Assembly: GCF_006345805.1 (NCBI RefSeq)
Contig: NC_042999.1
Coordinates: 108,500,001-108,564,000, forward strand
Direction: 5' to 3'
Length of the DNA stretch: 64,000 nt
From: Octopus sinensis
Taxonomy: Eukaryota
A model generated the notes under the pieces. The model had not been told where the DNA came from. It did not search any database and saw nothing but the letters and a program-made list of their open reading frames with translations. How positions within the stretch are numbered: the first letter of the stretch is position 1; each line of letters opens with the position of its first letter. The translations under genes were made by a program, and so were the position numbers. Below, piece after piece: positions 13,250-26,200 of this stretch.

Positions 13250-13780
13250 TCTGTTGTTCCATAACTTAGTGGTTCAAAGACAGTCACCTAATGCATTACA
13301 ACATAGAACTAATGTGATTCACTCTAAGTTAGATGCTTTTTTTTACTGTTTTTTTTATATAAATGTTCTCCTTAGTATTTTCTTACAGAATAGACTGGTT
13401 CCATCTGCATTAAAGATTTGTTTAAAAAATTTAGAACTTTCTGTTATTTCTGCAAATTGTGGCACAAATTCTTGTACAGTTTTTTTATTACTTGATCCAC
13501 TTTCAGAATGCAATTTTATATTCAGGAAAATGCCTCAATTATTAGATTTTTCAACTCCTCTATTACTGCTCCTAAATCTTAGACTGTAGTCCATCAGCTG
13601 CTTAAGTCATAGTGTCGATTTCATTGAAATTCTGTCTTTGTCATATAGCAAACATGTCTACAGGCAGTCCTTTTAGGGTTTTATCTTCTGTCCATAATAG
13701 CTTCTGTGTGCATTTTGAAAGCTCTGTGACAGCACTGGCTCTGATTTCTTTCTTTTTGTTACTATAATTGTTCTAACTGT
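13250..13780 (-). mobile_element. Decayed pogo/Tigger transposase fragment
   Basis: Minus translation NIKLHSESGSS...QIFNADGTSLFCKKILRRTFI...ITLVLCCNALGD matches Tigger QIFNADETGLFWKKMP.RTFI...LTLLLC.NA.GD. Confidence 0.75.
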
Positions 13781-13997
13781 AGTTTTATTTATATTAAACT
13801 ATCTCTCCTATTCTATTTTGAAGTTGATTTAATATTTTAAATTTCACTTTTTTTGGTCCAGTTTTAGATCTGACATTTTGAAACTGCTATCCAGTTTCAA
13901 ACATATTTAGTAAAATATAAAAATTAAGGCTAATAAACTCATTATCAAAACAGTTAAGAGAAAGAAGGAAACAATGAAGTGGTATTTCTAAAAGACA

Positions 13998-14115
13998 TCA
14001 TCATCATCATCATTTAACTTCCACTTTCCATGCTTCAATCTGATCTAGCAGAGTTTCTACAGCTGGATGCCCTTCCTAATGCCAACTACTCCAAGAGTGT
14101 AGTGGGTGCTTTTAC
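13998..14115 (-). mobile_element. SINE family C tail
   Basis: catcatcatcatttaacttccactttccatgc...ctggatgcccttcctaatgccaac. Confidence 0.75.
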
Positions 14116-14345
14116 ATGTCATTATCTACTACCTTTAGCTTACCCTCCTGAAGTTGATAGAGTCTATTTTCTGTGTTTATTGTACCTGTGCATCTTCCAC
14201 ATACAAAAGCTATTTTCCCTGTTAACCTTCCTCTGATATTGCTGCACCTTTTGTGTCCAAAGCTTACACCAAGTGCATCTTATGGAGTTTCTATCTACAC
14301 CTCTTCTACAGATCAAACGGGGCCATCTACTTGAAGGGATTTGTG
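14115..14345 (-). mobile_element. RTE-type LINE fragment with Cys-rich zinc-finger-like segment
   Basis: With small frameshifts PSSRWP...CRRGV.RNSIRCTWCKLWT.KRCSNIRGRLTGKIAFVCGRCTG then GKLKVVDN. Confidence 0.7.
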
Positions 14346-15835
14346 ATTAGTCTGCCGTTTTACTATTAAATCTAATAGTTATTTGAGAGAAATTGAGTAG
14401 TCTCTAGGCATGTTTCTATGAGCATTCAGTTCATTCTCATCCTAGATGTTTGCTTCTTGTTCTCAAACTTTTTACCTTTGAGACTCATTATCAGAATACT
14501 ATTAGCATTGCTGAGAAATTATTGACGCTGATGATGGAACAAGATATATAACACATCTTGATATGTGTGTAACTTCTATATGACAGATGATATTAATGAT
14601 GTTTGGGGGAAAAGTTTACATCTTTATTAGGAATTGAAATGAATGATACTGTATTAAAGTGAATATTTTGAATTATCAATGCTTCATATTTCTTATAATC
14701 TTGTTCAAATTCAAATGAAGTTGAGCTTGCTTTTCCTTCCCTTGTGTTTGATGAAGAGAATATTATAATCTATTGATATCCATTCAATGAAATTAACTAT
14801 GTCTACTTGTAAAATGGACTAGAATATTTAGCTTAGGCTAAATAAATTGGTATATTTATCACATGTATATCAAAAATATATGAAACAGTCATAATCTTTA
14901 TATGTGAGAATGATTAACAGGTGTGTAGAAGTATCAAACATGTGTATGACATGGGTTTTAACCAAATTGCTTTAGAAGCAGAATTTAACAAACACCAATA
15001 TTGACAGAGAAGTAGCTTTGTTTCATATTCTGGAATAAACTAGGCAGAAATTCAAAATGAAAAGAAAGGAAAGAAATTCACAAAGGGTTTCTTTCTGTGA
15101 AATTAAGGCAAACTATACGAAACAATCATTGTTAAAGTTTTACAGATTGCAAAATTTTTCTGTATTTTCATGGAATTGTAATCTTTGAGAATTAGTTAGT
15201 ATTTTATTCCTGAATATGTACATTCTGGTTTTGAGATCAGAATCTTTGTTTAAGTGCATGAAAAGTTAGAATATTTTTATGGAATTTTAAATCAAATACT
15301 TTACTAATAGCAGCCACTGTAAGCTTAAATCGGTCACATAAGTCTAGTGACTAGGTTATTTTTATACACTGCATGTACACACACACACACACCATCATTC
15401 TTTATCAATACTGAGACTCTTATAACAAGCTGTTTGGTTAAGAAGTTCACTTCCTATCCATGCGGTTTCTGTTTCACTCCTACTGTGCAGAATCATCTAT
15501 ATCCTGAGGCTAACCAAATCTTTGCTCATCTTTGAAATCATTGAGCTAGAAGCAGTGTGGTTGTTGTTGTTACTCCAGTCAACGAATTGTTTGCTGGCTT
15601 TGGGCCTTGAAAGACATGTAGAATAAGAGATCCATTACTTGAAAAACAGGTGATAGTCAGTGACCAGAAGGAAGCCCAGCTCTAAAACAATGCTTGGATG
15701 ATATATTCATGAAGCCCATGCTAACATTAAAAAGAAACATAAAATCAAGCAAACAAGTGTTACAGAATTTCCTTTCTCAAACTATATAAGTTTAGTATTT
15801 CCCAGTTTTGATATTTCTTTAGTTTTTTATTCTTT

Positions 15836-16226
15836 TACTTGTTTCAGTCATTTGACTGTGGCCATGTTGGAGCACCACCTTTAGTCAAAGAAATCAACCC
15901 TAGGACTTATTCTTTGTAAGCCTAGTATTTTTTCTGTTGGTCTTTTTTGCCAAACTGTTAAGTTACGGGGATGTAAACACACCAACACCGATTGTCAAAT
16001 AATGGCGAGGGGACAAACACAGACACACAAACATATATGTACATACACACATATATATATATACGACAGGCTTCTTTCCATTTCCATCTACCAAATCCAC
16101 TCAAAGGCTCTGGTTGGCCGAATGCTATAGTAGAAGACACTTGCTCAAGGTGCCACACGGTGGGACTGAACCCAGAACCATGTGGTTAGTAAGCAAGCTT
16201 CTTACCACACAGCCATGCCTGCACCT
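15836..16226 (-). mobile_element. SINE family A, full length (head + microsatellite + 3' body)
   Basis: Reverse complement of ggtgcaggcatggctgtgtggtaagaagcttgct..., internal (CA/TA)n, tail ccagcatggccacagtcaaatgactgaaacaagt. Confidence 0.85.
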
Positions 16227-16378
16227 CTTTATTAAAGCTTTCAGCTTTATTCTATATTGACTCCTATAGGCTTTAAACCTGAAAATATATTTGATATTAA
16301 AGGTACTGTTCTTTAGTTTGTACCATTACTGGATAGGTTTTGCTCAAGTGAAAAAAATCTTTAAGAGTTATATAATAT

Positions 16379-16543
16379 AGGCACAGGCATGGCTGTGTGG
16401 TAAGAAGCTTGCTTCCCAGTCACATGGTTCCAGATTCAGTCCTACTGTATGGCACCTTGGGCAAGTGTCTTCTACTATAGCATCGGGCTGACCAAAGCCT
16501 TGTGAGTGGATTTGGTAGACGGAAACTGAAAGAAGCCCGTTGT
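16379..16543 (+). mobile_element. SINE family A 5' half
   Basis: ggcacaggcatggctgtgtggtaagaagcttgcttccca...ggaaactgaaagaagcccgt; inverted relative to 16063-16226. Confidence 0.85.
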
Positions 16544-17614
16544 ATGTGTGTATGTATATATATATATATATGATATATATATGTTTGTTTGTCTAGACAA
16601 CATCTAATGTTATAATTTCTACATATTATTGTATTTACATTTTTGCAGCCAGACCTTTTCAGTAAAGTATAATCATAGTTGAATCTAGTTTAATTGCTGC
16701 TTTATGCATATGACAGGATATGATGAGCCAGCTCTTTGTTTCTCAGGAATGCAATTTTTAGGTGAAAGGGCTCTTTTCTCATTGATGCAGATGATTTTTT
16801 TAATGATGTGTTAGGCATTTTACAAGTTCTTTCCTGACACTCTACAAGTTCTTAGACATGCAGTTTTAGTGGAGTCCTTCACAGTTGATTATCAATGCGT
16901 GAACTTTCTAACATCTGGTTCTTTTCTTTGCGCTCATATATCAAGGAATGGCACTTTATTACTATGTTTCCTTTATAAAGTAAATAAATCAAATCAGTTG
17001 CTAAGTTTCTATGATCTTGTAGAACTCATAAAATTCAAAGAAGCTTTATATATATATGTGTGTGTGTGTGTATAAAAAAACACACACACAGTGATATTGC
17101 ATGGGCTGGGCCACAAGAGCAGTTACCCTAAATGTAAAATTCTTGGTTGTGTAAAATTTCAAAAGAGATAAAAATAAGATAATAATAATGAATATGCAAT
17201 AGAATGCACATCATTTATAAATAATGTTCGTGCATTTAAATCCAGCCTGTGACAATATACATACTTAAGAATACAGTACAGATTATTGATAGAGATAGAA
17301 ACAAACAAAATATCACATAAATAAATAAAAACACAAAAGGTTAAGTTTTTGTGGAAAACTACATTTATCATCATGACACATCACTGAATTTTAGACATGC
17401 TGCAAGCACATGTGCACACACATACACACATGATGTCACAATGTATATGTTAAAAATGCAGTTTTCTGTAATGAGTACAGAATGCTGGGAGTTGAATATT
17501 GTCTGCAGAATCTAGTATTTCAACTTAGAAGAAAGTTTGAGTGCTATAAAAATTTCTAATCTTGATCCAAGGTCACAAATGTGTATAGTTGATTAAATTG
17601 TCCTAAGAATATTA

Positions 17615-17870
17615 CTGGTGGAGGTGCATGGCTTAGTGGTTAGGGTGTTGGACTCATGATCATGTAATTATGGTTTCAATTCTTTGGTCGGGCAATGCTT
17701 TGTGTTCTTGAACAAAACACTTCATTTTACATTGTGCTCCAGTACACTCAGATGACAAAAATGAGTAATTCTATGATGGACTGGAATCTCAACTAGGCGA
17801 GACTATATACACCAGCAAAACCAGGAAGCCAGTGTTATGAATCTATATGACTTGGAAGGAGCTTTATCTT
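17615..17870 (+). mobile_element. tRNA-derived SINE family D
   Basis: ggaggtgcatggcttagtggttagggtgttggactcatgatc...tgtgttcttgaacaaaacacttcatt; related copies at 28690 (-) and 58410 (+). Confidence 0.75.
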
Positions 17871-18059
17871 TTATTATATTTTACTGGTACATCTTTTAAG
17901 CCCAGAAGCTAGTCATCCCTAACAGGATTTGTGTGCCAAACAGATATGTTTGATACTATGTTTAAATAGTATCAATTTACATGTATAAACACATGCCTAC
18001 ATATAAGCATGCATATATACATATATGCTTGATGGAATGTGCTACAAATACTGGTGAAA

Positions 18060-18290
18060 GTTAATGATAGCCATAATGATATTTAAGGAAAAGTCAATAG
18101 TCAGGTTTGACCTGATAACATTGGTTCTCAAAGGTGACACAGAATCATAATGTGTCAGAAAATTGTAGATTTCCTAACAGATCCAACACATACCTGTAAG
18201 TAAAGAAAGGAGCATGATGTCATATGTTTTCAAATTACTTCAAGACATGCGGGACAGTTTTGAGATGCATCATTGTACCAAAATATATAA
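18060..18290 (+). mobile_element. Highly decayed CR1-like RT fragment
   Basis: attgtagatttcctaacagat (IVDFLTD, cf. WI..FL..R.Q) and gggacagttttg (GTVL). Confidence 0.3.
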
Positions 18291-20059
18291 CGAAAGAATG
18301 ACTACCATACAGAAACAAAATTGTGTTTAGTTGTTTTTGTATTTTTTCTGAGTTGTTTTTTTTATGCTGTCACAACACCTCCCAGTTTGAAAGACAGCAA
18401 CAAAAGTTTTATTATCCTATCTCTCTTGAAAAGTTTTCATCTGGTTTCTATGTTATCAGTCAATGTTGAAGATATTTTAGCCTCTCCTACTCCTCAATGC
18501 CTTCATGCATCATGTTAGTTTGAAATGTTTTATAACCTTCTTTTCTCTGCTTCTGGATATCAAAATCTGTGTCAGATAAAACTGCAATGCTGTTTCATAA
18601 TTCCTTTTAAATTTCTTTGTGCATTTGTAGATCTTTTTTGAGAACATTTTATTCTGATGGTATTGCAAATGACATTGTCAACTCTGATTGAAGAGATTTT
18701 CTTTTTGCTTTTCGGTTTCATATTTTTCAAGATGTTGTCAGCTAATCTAAATGAAAAGGGCTATATGAATACAAGCATTCCTAGTTTGAATGGCTAATAT
18801 AGGGAAACCTGAAAAACTCAAGTTTTTTTTTTATTCATTTATGTATTATATTTGCTAAAAATGAAAGGGATGCTACTTCTATAATTTTAACATACTGTGT
18901 CCTAAAACATTTTCTTTGTTATCTCCAGCCATAAAAAGTTTCAATTATATGATTATGTTTAAAGAAGGAAAGCTATAGACTTAAAAAATCAGCTCAATAT
19001 TTTGATATACTACACACTTTTTTTTATTTATTTTTCTCTTTTTATCAATTATATATTGAACTATCAGTTCCCAAATGTTAAAATATAAAATCATTGTATC
19101 AGATGAACTTTTAAAATATAACAGCTATAAAAGTCTATCATATTCCAAAAACATAATGACATTGTTCACACGACAACTCCTAGGAACTTTCACTGTAAAT
19201 CTTTGTCAACTTTAAAAAAGATTGAGAACTCATCTCTTTACTTGTACTCACTATCAATTCTGTTTGAATTGGAAGTGCAGTTCTTACTTTATAATGCAAT
19301 TTACTTTGCAAGAACTTTACAAGAACATTTTACCTTGATTGTTATAACCTAAGCATTGTACTTAATGATCTTTAAATAAAATAGTTTATCCTATCAACTC
19401 AACATTGTAGATTTTCCTGAATCCAACTATTTCCAATATTAAATCTAGAGTTTCCAGGATATGTAATATAATTTTAAATATTTGTGTGCAAGTAATATGT
19501 GAGAAAATAATTTCAGAGTTAATTGTCACTTTTAAAGCAATTATTTAATTTCTTGAATGTCTGGTTAGATTGCATATTGAACAAAGACTGCACAGTTGAT
19601 TCTTTTAGTTATTAATCATAATAAATCAGAATTTAATGAAAAATAGTTAATGTAATTAGTTGTTGCTTTTTAATCTGGGCAGAAGGGAAGTACAATGAAC
19701 ATTAAATGTCTCCAGACTGGTCAGATTGTTGCTATTTATGTTTAGCCTGAATTGTTTTCAAGTTGATTACTTTGATGGGGAACAAAAGGAGAAAGATAGT
19801 GCTCCAGATAGTTTGTAGTGAAGAAAATGTGTTGGGAAATGTGTTTGGTGTGTAATTTTACAAGGCAGACACAGTCTTGTAAGACTACACACAATTGGGA
19901 GAATATGTGGAAGATATTGAAATGCAAATAATTCTTTTACTATATTTCTGGATAAATATTTCTCAATCAGACAACAGACATTTCCCTCACCCCTCCCTTA
20001 TATGTGGTCTAGAATATTGAATGTATAACAGATTCTCTGTCTTAACATTGTGCCATGTT

Positions 20060-20480
20060 TAAAGTAAAAACTAAAGTAGTTCCTGGCAATCTTTAAAGAG
20101 AAGGTCTTGTAGGGTTTGTGACTTTTAATGAGTCTGTGGGCTTTAGCTGAGTGTTCATGAGTAGTATTGAGATTGTTTCCTTGCTATGATTGTATTCTGA
20201 TGTTGCTAGAGAAGATCAATTTCTTATGTTCTTCTGGCTCAACATGTTCAAGTTCTCTATTCTTGGAAACATGGAATCGAGAAGTGAAGGGTAATATCAT
20301 GAGTATTATTATGTGCTTGACTAGAAATAACAGTAAGTCACTGAGAGAGGGATTGAAGAGTGTCAGAGACATGAGCCTGGGTATTAGCAGGTATTATGAA
20401 AATTATGATGGCAATCATTTAGGGAGATAAAAACTCAAAATGATGGAGGAGGTGGTGCATTACAACTGCTTCCTTCACCT
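20060..20480 (-). mobile_element. Highly decayed Jockey/CR1-like RT fragment
   Basis: Loose resemblance to SPTLF...NDLL and LLMNTQLKPTDSL (cf. ISMNGTLLQPS.SL). Confidence 0.35.
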
Positions 20481-20724
20481 TTGAGATATTGGAAGTCAGA
20501 GTAATAGATTATTAGGTGACTGGGAAAGAGAGATGTTCTTTCAGGAATAAGACATATTAATGCATGTTTCTTAAATTGTGATAGATACCTATAAAGAGAG
20601 AAAGACTACCAGGTTTACTGAGGAAAGAAGCTAATTTAGAACTCATTATTTGCAAATATTGGAGTGAATGGAACAAAGGTGATCGAAAATAATACCTTCC
20701 ACTTGGTGATTATGTGTTTGTGTG

Positions 20725-20727
<3 letters not shown>

Positions 20728-20760
<33 letters not shown>
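20728..20760. repeat. (GA)n microsatellite
   Basis: About 16 GA units. Confidence 0.97.
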
Positions 20761-20763
<3 letters not shown>

Positions 20764-21123
20764 GGTGGGAGTGTGAAAGCAATCAGTTCAGAAGTTGTTT
20801 CTACCATATTTCTTGGTATTAAGGATGCCAGAAACTAACTCTGCATAGTTAAGACCAAAGGTTACCATTTTCAGAGCTAATTTTAACCCGATTTCTTAAT
20901 GCTGTAAAAGTCAAAGAAAAAACAACAAAACAACAGATGCAGACTTTAAGACATCATGTGAAAGTGCTGAGACTTTGTATTGCATTTTTCTTTCAAAACT
21001 TTTCAAGTAAAAAATTGAGGTTTCTTCTTTGAGATCAAAGTATCCTCATTGCCAGGAAATATGATAATTTATTCATATGACATTACATTAGCTTTATATA
21101 CAATATGATAGGCTTGTGATTTC

Positions 21124-21320
21124 ATTATTAAAACTTTGATGAAGACAGTAAACAGGCAGGTTTGTTAGTATGTTTAGGTCTTTATACTCTTAGCTCAAAT
21201 GCTATCGAGATCAACTTTGCCTCTAGTTCTTTTGAGCACTTAGATCTACGTTATTGGCTTCCCTCTCTTCTCAAAAGGTTGCTGGCCTTGTGCCAAAATT
21301 AGAATTATTAAAACTTTGAT
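21124..21320 (+). mobile_element. Degenerate SINE family B with 17-bp target-site duplication
   Basis: attattaaaactttgat at 21124-21140 and 21304-21320 flanks caactttgcct...ctggccttgtgccaaaattag. Confidence 0.7.
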
Positions 21321-22201
21321 AGTTTGAGTTAAAATCTTCTCTATTTGCTTCATATCAGAATCATTCTTTAATAGTACTTTCACCATTATAATTCTTTTTC
21401 AAGTACTTCATTAACATACAGTGAACAAATGTTTGCAAATAGGTTTGACTTTTATGCAATTACTCCCTGTTTTATTTGTATGATGTATTAGAGGAATATT
21501 TGTATAAACATTAAACTAACACCACCCTATTTTTTTTTTTAATGTTTATCCCAGTTCTTAACATTTCAAATTACTCGTTCACACCATATGACAATTCTTG
21601 CTTTGCTGACCTTAATTATTGCATAAATGCACTAAGTGTATGTATCAATTGTTTATGGGTGTCTCATTCCTTTTCCAGTTAAATACCACAGATACTTATA
21701 ATTGCAGCTTACAACTATGTACCAAACTACTATTTAAAGTTATTTAGCCATACTTTCCTGATATAACCAAAAACAACTAGGTTTTGTTTTTTCTTTTCAA
21801 ATCTTGGCAGAAAGTTAGGAATTCAAGTAAACTTTATGTTTAATCAATAAGTTTTGAATAAGAGTCATAAAAGATACAAGGAAAGCATAAATTCGGGTTG
21901 GTTTTCTTGAAGCTTGTTTTATCCATGGTTATTTCCATTATAAAATCTTACTGTTGTGTAACAAATAAAATTACTTTGATTTAACTTTCTTTGTGTTCTT
22001 CAGTCAATATCCAATGTGTGAACATAGCTTTCATTATCCTGGTAAAATTTTTAAACCTTTAGACATTCATAATTCTGAGATAAGTGAATTGTCTAGTATG
22101 CTACAATCAAACTTTTAATCTCTTATTGTAGTTTTTTTTTTCTTAGTTCTGCTTTGATCACTGTGATCTTCGGTTGTTTCAGATACAATATTTAACATAT
22201 A

Positions 22202-23403
22202 CAGGGGTTGGACAAAATAATGGAAACACCTAGCATCATAGCATCATAATTTTGAAATATCTATAAAACTGTCAAAAGCTTGATTATTTTTATGTTGTTT
22301 GATATATTATTAGTGTTGCTTAATATGTTTTGCTAAAATTGCTGTTTCTTTTCAAATAGCATTCGAAAAAGGTAATTAAAATTCATTAAAATGACAGATC
22401 TATCAGACTTTCAAAGAGGTCAAATTGTTGGTGCTCGTATGGCAGGCATTAGCATAACAGAAACAGCCAAAATGTTTGGTGTATCAAGAAATACTGTCTT
22501 GAAAGTAATGACAGCCTTTGAGAAAGAGGAAAAAAACCACCTCGTCGAAACAAAACTCCGGAAGGAAACCAAAACTTTCAGATAGGGACTGTCGGACTCT
22601 TATGCAAATTGTTAGAAAGGATCACAAAAGTACAGCTCCCAAAATTACTGCAGAGCTTAATAGCCACCCCGAGAACCCAGTTTCCACAAAAACTGTTCAC
22701 TGGGAGCTGCACAAAGCTGGATTTCATGGGAGGGTTGCAATCAGAAAACCACTACTTTCAAAAAGAAATGTTGCATAGCGTTTGAGTGGAAGAATGTTAC
22801 TTTCTCGGATGAATCATCCTTTACCTTATTTCTAACCACTGTCTGAGTATATGTGTGGAGACAGCCAAAAGAAGCATTTGACCCAGACTGCCTTCTTCCA
22901 ACTGTTAAACATGGAAGAGGATCTGTGATAATGAAGGGGGGGGGGGTATTTCTTGGAAATCCACCGGCCCAATAGTTTCCCTTCATGGCAGAATTAATAA
23001 TCAAGACTATTTAAACATTTTATCTGATCAAATTCATCCTATGGTTGTGGAACTGTTTTCAGAGGGAAACGCAATCTTTCAGGATGATAATGCACCAATT
23101 CACACAGCTATAGTTGTTACTGAATGGCATGAGGAATATTCTAGTGAAGTTGAACATCTTATCTGGCTACAACAAGCCCCAGATCTCAATATTGCTGAAC
23201 ATTTATGGTGCATTTTAGAAAAACAAGTAAGGAGTCAATATCCTCCACCATAATTACTACAAGAACTGGAGACTGTTTTAGCTGAAGAATGGACAAAAAT
23301 TCCTTTGGAAACAATTCAAGCTTTGTACGAGGCAGTCCTACTCCATATTAAAATAAATTTGTTTGAAATTTTAAGGTGTTTCCATTATTTTGTCCTACCC
23401 CTG
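22202..23403 (+). mobile_element. Near full-length Tc1-like DNA transposon, DD36E, inactive
   Basis: TA-flanked TIRs caggggttggacaaaataatggaaacacc and ggtgtttccattattttgtcctacccctg; transposase MTDLSDFQRGQIVGAR...FSDES...QDDNAPIH...APDLNIAEHLW with frameshifts, stop and internal deletions. Confidence 0.95.
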
Positions 23404-23824
23404 TATTCATTATTTTTTTTTGCTAGGTTCAAAGAGTACAAAGACAAATTTTAAACTGATATTCCAACATATCTATTCTATGGCAAAGACAGTTATACAC
23501 ACTGAAACTTTTAAGAAATGTTCACACCTGAAATCCCATCTTTAGGGAAGTTGTATTTGCCAAAAAAGGGGAGGAAGAGCAAAATGAAATGGTATCTGAA
23601 AAGAAAATGCTATCTGAATATCATTATTACTCAAATTCATTTATTTCTGACATGAATAAGAAAGTGGACTTTATCTTGATAATTTTGATAATTTCTTGCT
23701 TTGAGCTTCTCATCAATCTTGTCTCATCATGATACCTTATATTATTTGAACTGGATGAGTTACTTTCATCTGTGTGTGTGATGCTTTATCCCATAATTTT
23801 TTAAATATTATTATTGTTGTTATT

Positions 23825-24230
23825 GTTATCAAAGTGATGGATTAGTAGAATATTTAGAGCTTGGGTCAAACTTTTTAGTATTTTCTCTGGTTCATTACAT
23901 TCTGAGTTCAAATGCTGTTGAGAACAACCTTGTCTTTCATCTCCCCAGGTTTGTTAAAATAAGGTACCAGTCAAGTACTGAGGTTGATTTAATCAAGTAA
24001 TTCCATTCCACAAATTTCTGGCCTTGTGCCTACATTACTAACAATTGAGGACATTGAAGTGACTGAATTGTTAGCACATCAGATATGATACCTTGCAGTA
24101 TTTTTCTCTTCTTTTTACATTCTGTTTTTTTTTTTAAATAAAATACTACTCTAATACTGGGTTCAGTTTAATTGATTGACTTCCTTCCTCAAAATTGCTG
24201 GCCCTGTGCCTAAATTAGCAACAATTACTA
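23825..24230 (+). mobile_element. Two tandem degenerate SINE family B copies
   Basis: cattctgagttcaaat...gtaccagtc...ctggccttgtgcct repeated twice. Confidence 0.6.
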
Positions 24231-26112
24231 CCATCACTCTTGTTTCACAAAAAAATATTTATTTTATTTAAACATTTTTGGGGGTCTTGAATTTGCAAAA
24301 ATTGTTTTTATCTAAATACAAATAAAAAAAAATAATTTGAAACATAAATATGAACATGCATTGGAAATATAAGGCATCTTCTGGTCTTATCCACCTAATC
24401 TCATCTACTGTTAGGGAGGTGCATATATATATAAATATGTTGGTGAAAATTGGTGTTATCTTCTACATAAAAGAAAGCAAAAACAAAGCCAAAATCCTGC
24501 TAAGACCATATCGTCAACTGTGCTGGTGATAATCTATGTATGCCTTCTTTATGGTAGAATTGGTCTTTAGTGATAGTGCTGTATGAACAAGTTCTTTTCT
24601 CTGTACATAAGGTAAAGAAACAAACATGTTACCTACTTAGGACATTTATAACCAGTGATTTAGCTATCTCGAGGAGAAATTTAACACCATACATGATGTC
24701 AGCTGCAATCTTGTAGATTATGTAAAGAGTTTCCTTATTTTATTCTGTTTTCTGTATCTTGCTTCTCTTTCTATCCTCTGCTTTTTTTTTCTTTGTCTTC
24801 TTCATCAACAAGAATTGTAAGATATAATACAAACTCAGAACCCAGAACTTCACACCTATGATGAACATTTCAAAGTTCTTATCAGCAAACCTATAAAACA
24901 AGAATTCAAGTTTATTTCCATCTGTCATAAAATCAATAGGAGAAACAAGAGAATGGGTGAACATGTTTACCTTGGTTTAAATGCCTACTGTTTTTACAAT
25001 CGATAAACAAATGTAAAAAGTTGTCATTTTATGGAGAATTCTCAAGAACGAAGCTCGTGCTACTCTGGTGTTTAGTGAGCACAAAACAAAACATTCTCAA
25101 CATAACATCATCAAACATATAAACTATGCACAAAGTTAAGCCAGTGAGAAAACTTATAAGTGGTCACTCGATCTGCTAAAAATAGCAACCAAATTTCCTT
25201 TAAATCACATCCTACTATCTCCAAAAAGGAAAGCATAGACTAGATAATGTAGATCTAAATACCTTGGAAAATACAGAATATTTATGGTTGGAATGCCTTT
25301 GATCATAGGTTTGACTGATCATGGGTCACCTGTGGCTAAACACCTTCAACTGTACACAAAACTATTACATATTGGCATTAACTGAAGCTATCACATAGCA
25401 TTAATTGAAAGTTCAATGTATAAAAAGGCAGTACCCTAGCATGGCCACAGCTCAGTGACTGAAATAATTAAAAGGGGATATTATAACTTCTGTGGTCTAT
25501 CAAAGGCAGTTTTTTTTCTTTTTATCATAGGCACAAGGACTGAAAATATGGGCAGGCAAATATTGTAAATAAAATCAGCTCAGTACTTAATTGGTATTTA
25601 TTTCATCAACCTCTGGAATGACAAAGAGTACGGCTGACCCCAGTCAGATTTGAACTCAGAATCTAAAAGAACATAGCTAAATATCACAAAGCATTTTGTC
25701 AGATGTTACTCTACTGATTTTGCCAATTTAAAGCAAAATTACAACCCCCACATCAGTGTTAACAAACAACAATGTAGATACTGCTTTCATCTTAAAAATT
25801 TGACTGACTTTAAAGAAAAAATGGTTCTACTGCATCTCTCAGTAACTTTCAGATCACATCAATCATTTCTTTCAGAAGATCACTCAAGGGAATGGTGCTG
25901 CAATAATTCTAAGAAGTAACTTTCTAACATGACTGATACCCCTAAAATGTTTATATCTCTTTGAATGTGTTAACTGCACTATCAAATTTTCTACTGAAAA
26001 ATTATGTGTAACATTTTGTATACACAGAGCTTTCATAATTTCCATGAGGAATTTCAGCTAGTGCTTTAACTTGGTCTTTAATATTGTTATCTGAAGTAAC
26101 ATCAGCATTTAC

Positions 26113-26200
26113 TTGAAGAACAACTATAATGTTCTCAAAATTTTTAGCAACTTGAAACAACTGTCCATGTTCCAAGCCAATGGCAAAGCCATCCACAAGG
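26113..26200 (-). CDS. Candidate 88-nt exon (SLVDGFAIGLEHGQLFQVAKNFENIIVVLQ)
   Basis: gttgccag acceptor, caa|gtaaat donor, phase 2 to 0, in frame with 26969-27039; frame stays open to the stop at 26002. Confidence 0.4.
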
